Source: a virus. Taken from it: a stretch of DNA of 46,976 nt. This document shows positions 18,055 through 26,255 of the stretch, one piece after another. A program made the position numbers and the translations under genes. The notes beneath the pieces were generated by a model. That model worked only from the letters and a program-made list of their open reading frames with translations. It was not told where the DNA came from and ran no database searches. Positions within the stretch are counted from its first letter, which is position 1, and the number at the start of each line of letters is the position of its first letter. Location of the stretch: the IMG/VR virus record IMGVR_UViG_3300047319_000877; one strand, 5' to 3'.

Positions 18055-20595
18055 TCAATCAGTCACAATGAATTGTTCGGTTATTGTGAGTGCGCGTACA
18101 TCAGCTACTTGGGGAGTCTCAAATTTAATTGGTTCAGTTTTGAACTTGAATTTCTTGAAATCACAATAGTTCTCACCAATTTCTACATCACATGGAATCT
18201 TCAGATACTTTCGAGGTAGACTACATTGAAGGAAATTAATAGGTCGTTCCATTTCCTTCTTGGCTAATGGAATAAATTCATCCACATCTCCGATTCTGAC
18301 TGAAAATAATAATGCGTCATGTGCTTCAAGTATAATCTTCGCTTCTTTGAACTGTTTTTTAATTCTAAGACCAGCGGCTTTAGTATTATCAGTGACAGCT
18401 CTCTGCGGAAGATATGCAAGTGCTTCTCTAAAAAGATCGTCTCCCCATCGTTCATAAAATATACGTACACCACCTCGTTCAGCATCAACACCCCACGGAA
18501 GTGGTGCAGTAAGTCGTCTAGTTGATTTAAGGCATTCAATAACCTCGGCGTGGAAGATTCGTTGTATTGTTGGTTGTTTTCCATGAAATATTTTTAATGC
18601 CCTTCCCGCGATGTTTTCATCAATTTTGATAGGTATCTTGTACTTACGGGCTTGAGTGTTAAGTTCCGTACTGGCCCGTCTTGCACCAGCCCCCAAATGA
18701 CCCGCATGGCGTAGTGTTTTCCCTGCAAAACGAATGGGCGATTCATACCCCAAAACTTTTTTAGAATAGTCATCTTCAGTTCCTCCGAAGAACCATGAAG
18801 CTGTGAGTGCATGATAGTCATGAGTATCAATATCTATTAATGCCTGTTCATCCATCGCCAAGTTAAATACTACACGCGCTTCGGCCTGAGATGAATCTAA
18901 TTGAACGAATACTTCACCCTCATCCGGGAGATACATTCCTCTAACATCAGCTCCAATATCACCATGTTTCGTGAATACTTGGAATGCGGTTCCTATCACT
19001 TTCATGTCGATCTTTCGACCCTTACCCACAATATCTATTTTTGGTCTAATTGGCGGATCTTGCTGTCCAGTACTACTACGACCCGTTTCAAGACATGGAA
19101 AACAAGTAGTCCGCATCTTTCCATCGAAGTCAGGAATTGCCATTAAGTACGTACTGATTGTTTTCTTAACACGTCGTCTCTCTAAACACTTTTCAATCCA
19201 TACCCTTTGGTCAGGTCTACTTACACCATTCTTTAGATTTAATAGACTAGTTAATTCCTCTTCACCAGTTCCATTCCTTCGAGGTAGTTTCCATATCTCG
19301 AATAAATGATGATACACCTGAGTCGGTGAACCTACATTTACATCAACCCCTGATAGATCGAACATTTCAGTCTGAAGTTTCTCATCCCAACTTAGATATT
19401 TTTCAATTAATTCCCTTCGTTTATCATAATCAACTCTGAATCCATTGTTTTCAATCTCTAGATAGAATTCAGGTAATTGCATTAGAAAGTTGTAATAGAA
19501 TTTCCTGACATCTAATTCATCTAGGTCAGGTTCCATATTTTGATCTATTTCAAGTGTGACACAAGCGTCACGTGCGCATCCGAGCAGTAAATCTCCAATT
19601 GACCCCTCATACATACCCTCGTCCTTATAGAAGGGTTCCCTGGTATAAATAGAAGTATTGAATGCAAGCCCTTTTGGGAGTTCAGGATTAATGGCGAAAG
19701 ACTTGAACATTGTATCACTAATGAGTTTTCTGATAGAAAATCCAAGTCTACGAAGTTTGTCCCTGTCGTAATTGAAATTTTGTCCAACAATGTCCTTCTC
19801 CATTAGTAATTGAGATAACATGACCCATATTGTAGCTAAATCTGAAATTGGTATATCACTAATTCTATCCATATTCCATAGGGGAACCGCCATTCCATGA
19901 TTTGGATTCAATGACAATCCAATACATATGGGCAGACAATGACCACCAGCCTCAATGTCTACCGCCATCTTACTGATTGATTTGTATCTTTGAAGGAATT
20001 CGTGTAATTCGCCGGAATTACGACAGACTTGAAGGACTCGATTGGGGAGATTAGATTCGGGGTGGAATGATTCCGCGAGTGCGCGTTTGAAATCGAATAT
20101 CATTACCTGTCGATTGTAGTATCCTTTAATTTCACCAGGGCTACCCGAATGTATAAGATCCTTGGGATGATAGGTAGGAATAAGTTTATAACCCATCCCT
20201 CTGAGAATAGACCCTCGGAACTTATTAATTTTTGTTTTCCCAGTGAGCGCCCATAGACTAGTCCCACTGAGAGCGAGTATACAGTTTGGCTTGAGTTCAT
20301 CTAATTCAATTCTTAGTTCGGAGAGTTGTTGGTCTATATTAACTCCAACTGATTCAGTCCGTTTACTGAATGGAATCTTTTTAATCCCGGTATTAGGTGG
20401 AATATGATACTTCGATACATTCGTAGTCCAAACTTCAGACCTACTAATCCCAGAATCCTTAAGTAGTCGATCTAATTCCCTGCCACCAGTCCCTGTAAAT
20501 GGTCTACCTGAATTAACATCCTCAGACGATGGACAGTCACCTAATATGATTAATTTCGATCCAGCATTTCCCATGCCTGGGACGTATTTATTCAT
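18055..20595 (-). CDS. Family A DNA polymerase with N-terminal UDG family 4-like domain and 3'-5' exonuclease domain (846 aa)
   Basis: UDG-like: LIILGDCPSSED...GRPFTGTGGRELDRLL...IPTYHP. Exo I: AVDIEAGG. Pol motif A: VQLDSSQAEARV. Motif B: RFAGKTLRHAGHLG. Motif C: LEAHDALLF. Confidence 0.9.
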   Translation of the reverse strand: MNKYVPGMGNAGSKLIILGDCPSSEDVNSGRPFTGTGGRELDRLLKDSGISRSEVWTTNVSKYHIPPNTGIKKIPFSKRTESVGVNIDQQLSELRIELDELKPNCILALSGTSLWALTGKTKINKFRGSILRGMGYKLIPTYHPKDLIHSGSPGEIKGYYNRQVMIFDFKRALAESFHPESNLPNRVLQVCRNSGELHEFLQRYKSISKMAVDIEAGGHCLPICIGLSLNPNHGMAVPLWNMDRISDIPISDLATIWVMLSQLLMEKDIVGQNFNYDRDKLRRLGFSIRKLISDTMFKSFAINPELPKGLAFNTSIYTREPFYKDEGMYEGSIGDLLLGCARDACVTLEIDQNMEPDLDELDVRKFYYNFLMQLPEFYLEIENNGFRVDYDKRRELIEKYLSWDEKLQTEMFDLSGVDVNVGSPTQVYHHLFEIWKLPRRNGTGEEELTSLLNLKNGVSRPDQRVWIEKCLERRRVKKTISTYLMAIPDFDGKMRTTCFPCLETGRSSTGQQDPPIRPKIDIVGKGRKIDMKVIGTAFQVFTKHGDIGADVRGMYLPDEGEVFVQLDSSQAEARVVFNLAMDEQALIDIDTHDYHALTASWFFGGTEDDYSKKVLGYESPIRFAGKTLRHAGHLGAGARRASTELNTQARKYKIPIKIDENIAGRALKIFHGKQPTIQRIFHAEVIECLKSTRRLTAPLPWGVDAERGGVRIFYERWGDDLFREALAYLPQRAVTDNTKAAGLRIKKQFKEAKIILEAHDALLFSVRIGDVDEFIPLAKKEMERPINFLQCSLPRKYLKIPCDVEIGENYCDFKKFKFKTEPIKFETPQVADVRALTITEQFIVTD

Positions 20596-20819
20596 TTAAG
20601 CCAACCTATACTTTTTTTATCCAGTTCTAACTCCTTAGCTTGTTTCAAGAATTCATATAATTTATCGATATCTCCTTCTTCTAATTGAATGACATTCATT
20701 CCTTGACCCAGGTAAATAATTCGTGCATGATCTTCGTATTGACGAACCTGCAAATCTATTTCTGGTATGTAATCTTGTACTTTAAGAGTAATAAACTTTG
20801 AACATTTCAATTCAATCAT
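20592..20819 (-). CDS. Hypothetical protein (75 aa)
   Basis: ATGA coupling with the polymerase gene. Confidence 0.55.
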   Translation of the reverse strand: MIELKCSKFITLKVQDYIPEIDLQVRQYEDHARIIYLGQGMNVIQLEEGDIDKLYEFLKQAKELELDKKSIGWLK

Positions 20820-20902
20820 TTGTTTTCTTCTTTTATCTCGAATACCTTAGAACAAACACAACATAACCATTTATTAGGTAGAACTGTTAGTTGTTCCATC
20901 AT
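20816..20902 (-). CDS. Possible micro-ORF (28 aa, MMEQLTVLPNKWLCCVCSKVFEIKEENK)
   Basis: Fills the gap between two genes. ATGA overlap with the downstream start. No clear SD. Confidence 0.3.
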   Translation of the reverse strand: MMEQLTVLPNKWLCCVCSKVFEIKEENK

Positions 20903-20909
20903 AGTTCTA

Positions 20910-21203
20910 TCACAGTTGCTGCAATTCGGGCATTTTATCTTCATCTTTCTTCTCACGTTTATCGATTACCTTGATATGTATCGCTCTGTATCCATTCTCT
21001 GGAACTTGCACAGGAATGAACTCAACTATCATTCCAGTCTTTAATTCCTTGAATCCAATTGTTGATTGTTGTAATGCCGTCCAATGAAAAAAGATTCGAG
21101 TGAATTCGATATCCTTTGAACTGATGAATCCCCATCCGTTCTTACTAATCTTGATGATTCGCCCTGTAATCTTATTCTCTACTCTCTTCTCTGTTTCAGT
21201 CAT
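20910..21203 (-). CDS. Cold-shock/S1-like OB-fold protein (97 aa)
   Basis: GRIIKISKNGWGFISSKDIEFTRIFFHWTAL resembles a CSD core. AGGGGA SD before the ATG. Confidence 0.55.
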   Translation of the reverse strand: MTETEKRVENKITGRIIKISKNGWGFISSKDIEFTRIFFHWTALQQSTIGFKELKTGMIVEFIPVQVPENGYRAIHIKVIDKREKKDEDKMPELQQL

Positions 21204-21365
21204 TTCATTCCCCTAATAGTTCCTTAAAAGGCGGACACGCATCCGTGATTCACCTACATAATTGTGGTGACATTGGATGCGTGTCCTACCGTCAAATGAA
21301 TGATTGAATGAACCAACTTACACTAACTTCAACCCTACTTCAAGGAAAGTTAGTGAATTCTGATT
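21204..21365 (-). promoter_or_regulatory. 162-nt structured leader upstream of the CSD-like gene; perfect 12-bp stem at 21233-21244 / 21275-21286
   Basis: GGACACGCATCC...GGATGCGTGTCC with a 30-nt loop that contains an inner 5-bp stem and ATTGTGG (21261-21267). No ORF longer than about 9 codons on the leftward strand. Confidence 0.5.
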
Positions 21366-21590
21366 TCATTCAGTTTCATTTGCCGGATCTTCTTCAACTT
21401 CGTCGATTTCATCTTCTTCCTCAGTATCATCGTCATCTACATCTTCATCTACATCTTCATCTACATCTTCGTCTTCGTCTTCCGATTCATCTAATTCCGT
21501 GTCATCCAATTCCACATCATCGTCATCATCTACATCTTCCACAGGATCTACATCGACTTCGTTTAGATAGAATTCCATGATTGTCTCCAT
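21366..21590 (-). CDS. Hyper-acidic D/E-rich protein (70-74 aa); candidate DNA mimic
   Basis: Well over half the residues are D or E (DEDVDEDVDEDVDDDD...). The ATG at 21578 has a better SD (GGAG, 6-nt spacer) than the ATG at 21590. Confidence 0.6.
   Translation of the reverse strand: METIMEFYLNEVDVDPVEDVDDDDDVELDDTELDESEDEDEDVDEDVDEDVDDDDTEEEDEIDEVEEDPANETE
21434..21469. repeat. Three perfect tandem copies of the 12-mer CATCTACATCTT (encodes DEDV x3 on the minus strand)
   Basis: Read directly; followed by CGTCTT x2. Confidence 0.9.
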
Positions 21591-21793
21591 CGATTGTTGG
21601 ACTCACATTAGAGTCATTTGTTTGTATGAAAATTAGCCGACTTCCACCCCTGCTCGGCAAACACAGGCTGAGTCATTGGCTTACGCCAACTAGGTGGGAA
21701 CTGATTCAATTGAATTGTGGGATGCGGGCGAGCGCAGTCTGTCTTATTTGACTTTACAGTCTTATTCGACATCATCCCACAATTAACTAAAGA
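21591..21793 (-). promoter_or_regulatory. 203-nt GC-rich spacer with a perfect 12-bp inverted repeat AATTGTGGGATG / CATCCCACAATT (21713-21724 / 21773-21784)
   Basis: Arms read directly; 48-nt loop with GTCTTATT x2. Extra small hairpins: TTGGCttacGCCAA and GCCGA..TCGGC. A 53-codon ORF (21614-21775, minus strand) is the alternative reading. Confidence 0.45.
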
Positions 21794-22186
21794 CTACGAA
21801 GCCTTCGCAGTTCGATATTTGTGATTAACGCGATTGACCATACGACCCTGCCATTCGCCATTTTCCACAAATACTTCCACGAACTTACCCGCGGCATTAG
21901 CCAAGTCGAATCGTTGACCTGCTTTCACATCAACTCCAAATGCTGACAGGAATCCAACTGCGAATCCTACAGCCTTAGAATTGAAGTTCCAATCGACAGG
22001 AACCCCGGCGAATTCCGTTGAACCGGAGTCCGCATTCTTCATGATGGTACCTTCAACTGGATAGTTAGTTGAACCACCATCTTTAGATGGAGCCTCACCG
22101 ATGGCATCGATTCTCATCAAATACCATGCGGGTTCAACTACTTTTCCTCTCAGTAGATCACGCTCAGAAAATTGTACGATAGGCAT
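21794..22186 (-). CDS. DUF669-like putative ssDNA-binding protein (about 130 aa)
   Basis: Position directly downstream of a Sak4-like ATPase, plus size. Call rests on the gene-pair context. Confidence 0.4.
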   Translation of the reverse strand: MPIVQFSERDLLRGKVVEPAWYLMRIDAIGEAPSKDGGSTNYPVEGTIMKNADSGSTEFAGVPVDWNFNSKAVGFAVGFLSAFGVDVKAGQRFDLANAAGKFVEVFVENGEWQGRMVNRVNHKYRTAKAS

Positions 22187-22206
22187 CATTCACTCCGTTG
22201 TTGTTG

Positions 22207-23019
22207 TTAGAACTTTGTTTCTTGCGTTGGATTGGATTTCATTTTCTCTATGGCAGGTTTAACCCAATCATTGTACAGTGGTCTGTCACCAAAAACTATC
22301 TCCCTATCCAATCCTAATGCCGTACGTGCGAAGTCATCCCCTGTATGTTCAGTTAATAGTGAATAGTCACCTCCTTGACCTTCAATGAATCCCTTCTTAA
22401 TGTTGAAGTGATATACCTCAAGACAATAAGCAGGAATCTTAGCAGCTACATTCTTACCAGCGGTCACAATCTGCCGACTGATATGTGTTACATTTTTCGT
22501 TGTATCACGATATTCAGCCTTAACGACGTGAGCGATTAGAATGATATTGACCTTATGGAACTTGTTGATATCCTTCGTCAATGCAATCAACTCATTTAAT
22601 GCCGACGACTCAGCGTTGTAATCTTCAATTTCGTTGACTGCGATTCCTGCGACTAGTTTCCCTGCGGTTCCACCTGACTTTTTAGTTTGACCGTATTTCA
22701 ATTTCATCGTTTGTCTGAGTGTCATGTCAGCCATCGATGTAATCGAATCGAATACTAGTGTCTTGTATGGACAGTTCAATTGAAATTGTTCTAACTTAGC
22801 TCTCGGTTTATTCCAATCTTCGTAATCTTCGTAACTGATAGTTGATGGATCTATTCCCCATTTCTTCATGGGAAGATAGATTCCTTCCATCTTTCTATCC
22901 CAACTGAACCAGAATTGTGGGCCTGGATATGATAATGCTTGAGTTGATTTTCTAGTTCCAGGCTCGCCCTTTAACATTACGTATAGTCCATTGAAATCGA
23001 TATCATTCATTGATGGCAT
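22207..23019 (-). CDS. Sak4-like (AAA_24) RecA-fold ATPase / recombination protein (270 aa)
   Basis: Walker A GEPGTRKST; Walker B TLVFDSITSM. Confidence 0.65.
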   Translation of the reverse strand: MPSMNDIDFNGLYVMLKGEPGTRKSTQALSYPGPQFWFSWDRKMEGIYLPMKKWGIDPSTISYEDYEDWNKPRAKLEQFQLNCPYKTLVFDSITSMADMTLRQTMKLKYGQTKKSGGTAGKLVAGIAVNEIEDYNAESSALNELIALTKDINKFHKVNIILIAHVVKAEYRDTTKNVTHISRQIVTAGKNVAAKIPAYCLEVYHFNIKKGFIEGQGGDYSLLTEHTGDDFARTALGLDREIVFGDRPLYNDWVKPAIEKMKSNPTQETKF

Positions 23020-23102
23020 TACTTCTTATCCTTCCATTTACATACCATACAAATTCCATCTTTGGCGACAGTCCATTGTCCACAATTAGAACACTTGACC
23101 AT
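23019..23102 (-). CDS. Micro zinc-ribbon protein (27 aa, MVKCSNCGQWTVAKDGICMVCKWKDKK)
   Basis: CxxC...CxxC. TAATG overlap with the Sak4-like start. Lies 3 nt after the upstream stop. Confidence 0.5.
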   Translation of the reverse strand: MVKCSNCGQWTVAKDGICMVCKWKDKK

Positions 23103-23105
23103 AAG

Positions 23106-23288
23106 TTAATCCCCAGTCCTGATTCCGTTATCTTTAATGACTTGACGTTGTTTCTTTCGTCGGATTTGTTTTACTTCATGAACTAAATTACTCGTTTCAA
23201 TGATACGTTCTTCCAATTGTTTGATGTATTGATTCAGTTGTTCGGTTGAATAATTCTTAATGATGGATAGTAATTCTTCTTTAATCAT
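23106..23288 (-). CDS. Hypothetical helical protein (60 aa)
   Basis: ATGA coupling upstream. Confidence 0.5.
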   Translation of the reverse strand: MIKEELLSIIKNYSTEQLNQYIKQLEERIIETSNLVHEVKQIRRKKQRQVIKDNGIRTGD

Positions 23289-23470
23289 TCTTCATCACTC
23301 AGTTCTTCTATAATAGTATCCATCCAATGATCAGGATGTTGAATCATATGACGATGAGCATCAGAGAATACAAGCCATTCACAGTCTAGTAATTCAAATC
23401 CTGGTGTTCCCCTTTGATGTTTATTAGTACCCATACAATCATGGCATATGAATTTAATCTGTAGATTCAT
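23285..23470 (-). CDS. Hypothetical Cys/His-rich protein (61 aa)
   Basis: ORF with ATGA coupling on both sides. Confidence 0.5.
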   Translation of the reverse strand: MNLQIKFICHDCMGTNKHQRGTPGFELLDCEWLVFSDAHRHMIQHPDHWMDTIIEELSDEE

Positions 23471-23607
23471 TTCTTTTTACCATAAAGTAATTTACCACAT
23501 CGAAGACATGACCCATGATAAGGTTGATGCCCTCGAAAGAAACAGATGATTCGACTGATTAGATCTGGTGTATGTTCATTGTACATCACTCGCTCCGCTC
23601 GTGCCAT
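23467..23607 (-). CDS. Small Cys-containing protein (46 aa, MARAERVMYNEHTPDLISRIICFFRGHQPYHGSCLRCGKLLYGKKK)
   Basis: Not in the ORF track (under 60 aa). Fills the gap, with an ATGA overlap with the downstream gene. Confidence 0.5.
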   Translation of the reverse strand: MARAERVMYNEHTPDLISRIICFFRGHQPYHGSCLRCGKLLYGKKK

Positions 23608-23614
23608 CAAATAG

Positions 23615-24565
23615 TTAATCCTCATCACGATTGTGTGGATCCCATTTAGGTGATTTAGTGAATTCCGCTCTCAATACTTCCACACGCATTCCTCGGTCTG
23701 ATTCACACACTGGCTTAAACATACATGAACCATACAAGTTATCACAATGCGTATAATCAGGAGGCCAATAACCAGATTCCATGAATTGAATCAGTCGATA
23801 AGCCTCATATGGAATTGTCTCATTCTGCCATTCGTCTAATCTGTCCTTACTATAACTCACCACTTCTCTTGTGAGTCTTTCAGAAATTTTCAGAGTAGTC
23901 TGCAACCCAATCTTGTTGACGATGACATTTCTAGATTTCAGTAGGACACAATGACCCATGAACTGATTACTTAGACTCGACTTATTCCGACGTTGTTTAA
24001 ATGTCTTGTGATCTACTGATACGATTCCGATTTGATTTGTATCGATGATTAGATCGAATTTCGCTTTCCACAAAACACGAATCTCATCATCTTCGTAGAT
24101 TACTTCACCCTTAACCGACTCGGCAGCTAATGGAATGAATGAATCATTCTTATACATCTCGAAGTATTGTTCACATGTTTCTAATGCGAACTTCCAGCCT
24201 ACATTCCATCCCTCATTTAATTCGGGTGTGTTTTGTAGTCCAGGGTATTCCGCTGGTTCATGTTTACATTCTGGTGAGTCCGTGTCACCTGATGAACAGA
24301 ATGGACAGCCCTGAATATAAAGATTCCCCGCAGTTAGTCCCTGACTAATTGATGTATTACGTGGAAACCCTTTAATCATATGATCGTAATACACTTCAAG
24401 AACCTTGTGAATCAATGAACCTACTTCGAGAGAGTTGGACTTTCCTTTCATTGAAACTAATTGATTATTGAACCGAATGTCATAGTATCTAGCACAACTC
24501 ATCAATGTACTGAGCATCGTTGCATCTAATGCTATGTTCTTCTTAGGTTGTGGTATTATGTCCAT
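23615..24565 (-). CDS. PD-(D/E)xK nuclease, Cas4/RecB-like with four-Cys cluster (316 aa)
   Basis: N-terminal Cys (LMSCARYY); FDLIID...VSVDHKT core; C-terminal HCDNLYGSCMFKPVC. Confidence 0.7.
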   Translation of the reverse strand: MDIIPQPKKNIALDATMLSTLMSCARYYDIRFNNQLVSMKGKSNSLEVGSLIHKVLEVYYDHMIKGFPRNTSISQGLTAGNLYIQGCPFCSSGDTDSPECKHEPAEYPGLQNTPELNEGWNVGWKFALETCEQYFEMYKNDSFIPLAAESVKGEVIYEDDEIRVLWKAKFDLIIDTNQIGIVSVDHKTFKQRRNKSSLSNQFMGHCVLLKSRNVIVNKIGLQTTLKISERLTREVVSYSKDRLDEWQNETIPYEAYRLIQFMESGYWPPDYTHCDNLYGSCMFKPVCESDRGMRVEVLRAEFTKSPKWDPHNRDED

Positions 24566-24812
24566 CTTTTCTCATCATATCGATTAATTGTTTAGCCCGA
24601 GGAGTCAGATGTAATTCACATTCCTCAGTAGTTGCACATCGAAGTTGTCCATCTGACTTGAAGATACAGACTGTACCACATTTAATGCAAATAGTCATAT
24701 CTCCCTCTGATGGAATCACTATTTCCATCGGACTATCCACACTAGTTACCATATCCAAGATTCTATGACAAGTTGGACACGTATGTTTTGGAACGAATGT
24801 ACTTGCTATCAT
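24543..24812 (-). CDS. Zinc-ribbon protein (89 aa)
   Basis: CPTCHRIL...CIKCGTV. Confidence 0.5.
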   Translation of the reverse strand: MIASTFVPKHTCPTCHRILDMVTSVDSPMEIVIPSEGDMTICIKCGTVCIFKSDGQLRCATTEECELHLTPRAKQLIDMMRKDGHNTTT

Positions 24813-25187
24813 CTACTTTTCCCAATTCTCAGCCATCAGTTGAATCTTATCTTCAGGAATTCCATGAATACTTCCATGTAATGAACCCGACATGGTGATT
24901 TCAGTTACTCGATATCCATGTTTAGAAGCCATGTCAAGATATGGTTGAATTTCCCATCGTTTAACGAATGTATTAGATACCACGATGGTACTATAGTCAT
25001 CCAACATACTTAATCTCACCATGTCTTGACACCATTCATGGGCATCTTTGATTTTCTCTCGATCGTATTCGTAGACTCCACCTCTCATGAAGTATTGATC
25101 GGCTTCAAAGTGAAGTCCATCTAATGTTTTAGCGAATGTCGTCTTACCACTTCCGGGGAGTCCGCGTACGATGATTAGTTGTTTCAT
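24813..25187 (-). CDS. P-loop NTPase/kinase (AAA_33-like; 124 aa from the ATG at 25187)
   Basis: LIIVRGLPGSGKTTFAK. AAGGA lies 7 nt before the ATG at 25187, which avoids overlap with the upstream ORF. Confidence 0.6.
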   Translation of the reverse strand: MKQLIIVRGLPGSGKTTFAKTLDGLHFEADQYFMRGGVYEYDREKIKDAHEWCQDMVRLSMLDDYSTIVVSNTFVKRWEIQPYLDMASKHGYRVTEITMSGSLHGSIHGIPEDKIQLMAENWEK

Positions 25188-25203
25188 TTGTTTATCCTTA
25201 GGA

Positions 25204-25416
25204 CTAATGGAGTCCCTCGAAGTTGTCATCCTTCAATTGACTTAAGAGTTCAACGAATAACTTCCGAATCACTCGGAGTAATTCCATTGAATTATCTTCA
25301 AGTTTATCGACTCCAATCGCTATTTCTCCACCATGTTCTAAGTAATTATTGAGATGTTTCCTAACTACTTCAACATCTTCTTTATTGATTGGAACAGTGA
25401 CAAGATAATGACTCAT
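25204..25416 (-). CDS. Hypothetical protein (70 aa)
   Basis: ATGA coupling upstream. Confidence 0.5.
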   Translation of the reverse strand: MSHYLVTVPINKEDVEVVRKHLNNYLEHGGEIAIGVDKLEDNSMELLRVIRKLFVELLSQLKDDNFEGLH

Positions 25417-25871
25417 TTCGATGAATGTCCTCTTTCAAGTATACGGACACGCGCCGAGGTATGAAGTCTGCGTGTCACCTTCTTATTCTTACCAGTCTTG
25501 TGTTTGTAGTTACCTGAATTCAATCGATTAGTTGGAGATTTAGGTCTGAGGGTATATTCTCCTGTAGCGAAGTCCTGATGCCGATCGAATGATATGATTT
25601 CACGTTGAACTGACTCTGGTGTAGCGAATCGAACCGCTACATCTCCTTTAATGACATACGATGAACTTAATCCAATGATGACTCCATCTGCGTGCAACTC
25701 GCGCTTCGTCGCTCGTGCCAATGCACAGTTCGATGGATTCATTTTAGTTGCATCTTTGCAGTCTTTTCGATTGACTGATACCTCAATCGTTACATCCGAG
25801 TCAACGACTGATTGAACCTGGGGAAATAATTTACGAATGGAACGTGGTAATGATGTTTTAGTGTTTGACAT
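25413..25871 (-). CDS. Hypothetical basic protein (152 aa from the ATG at 25871)
   Basis: GAGGGAG SD before the ATG at 25871. K/R-rich C-terminus. Confidence 0.55.
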   Translation of the reverse strand: MSNTKTSLPRSIRKLFPQVQSVVDSDVTIEVSVNRKDCKDATKMNPSNCALARATKRELHADGVIIGLSSSYVIKGDVAVRFATPESVQREIISFDRHQDFATGEYTLRPKSPTNRLNSGNYKHKTGKNKKVTRRLHTSARVRILERGHSSK

Positions 25872-26049
25872 TTTGTTCTCCCTCAATTTCAATTATCCGA
25901 GTTTCCAATTTAACTACACAATTCTTCAGTTCCATTACTTGATCGATTAGATTGGTGACTAGTTCCAACAACTTGTAGTCGTTCTTTAGTCCTTCCTCTG
26001 ATGATTCGACAATCATTCCAATTAACCTATCGTATAGTGTTTTAGGCAT
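25858..26049 (-). CDS. Hypothetical protein (63 aa)
   Basis: TAATG coupling upstream. Confidence 0.5.
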   Translation of the reverse strand: MPKTLYDRLIGMIVESSEEGLKNDYKLLELVTNLIDQVMELKNCVVKLETRIIEIEGEQNVKH

Positions 26050-26255
26050 TAGACTAATCCATTCTCTTTGCAGTGGTCACAGTCGGCAGATTCGAGTACG
26101 GCGTGACGAATGTATCTATTTTGTCCCAATAGTCTCATTAGTATGTTGTATGTTGTATAAGGTAATTCATTACCGAGAGTCATCATCAAATCCGTCTCAG
26201 CATTTTCCTGAAGTTCACATTGTTTCGTGAGATATTCTTTCATCTTATCATTCAT
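26049..26255 (-). CDS. Hypothetical protein (68 aa)
   Basis: ORF with ATG; follows a hairpin-containing spacer. Confidence 0.5.
   Translation of the reverse strand: MNDKMKEYLTKQCELQENAETDLMMTLGNELPYTTYNILMRLLGQNRYIRHAVLESADCDHCKENGLV

Noticed and set aside
21308-21580. Plus-strand ORF with HLHLHLHLHL repeats
   Set aside because: It is antisense to the D/E-rich gene. The repeat is the reverse reading of the DEDV-coding 12-mer, and the orientation is opposite to the whole operon.
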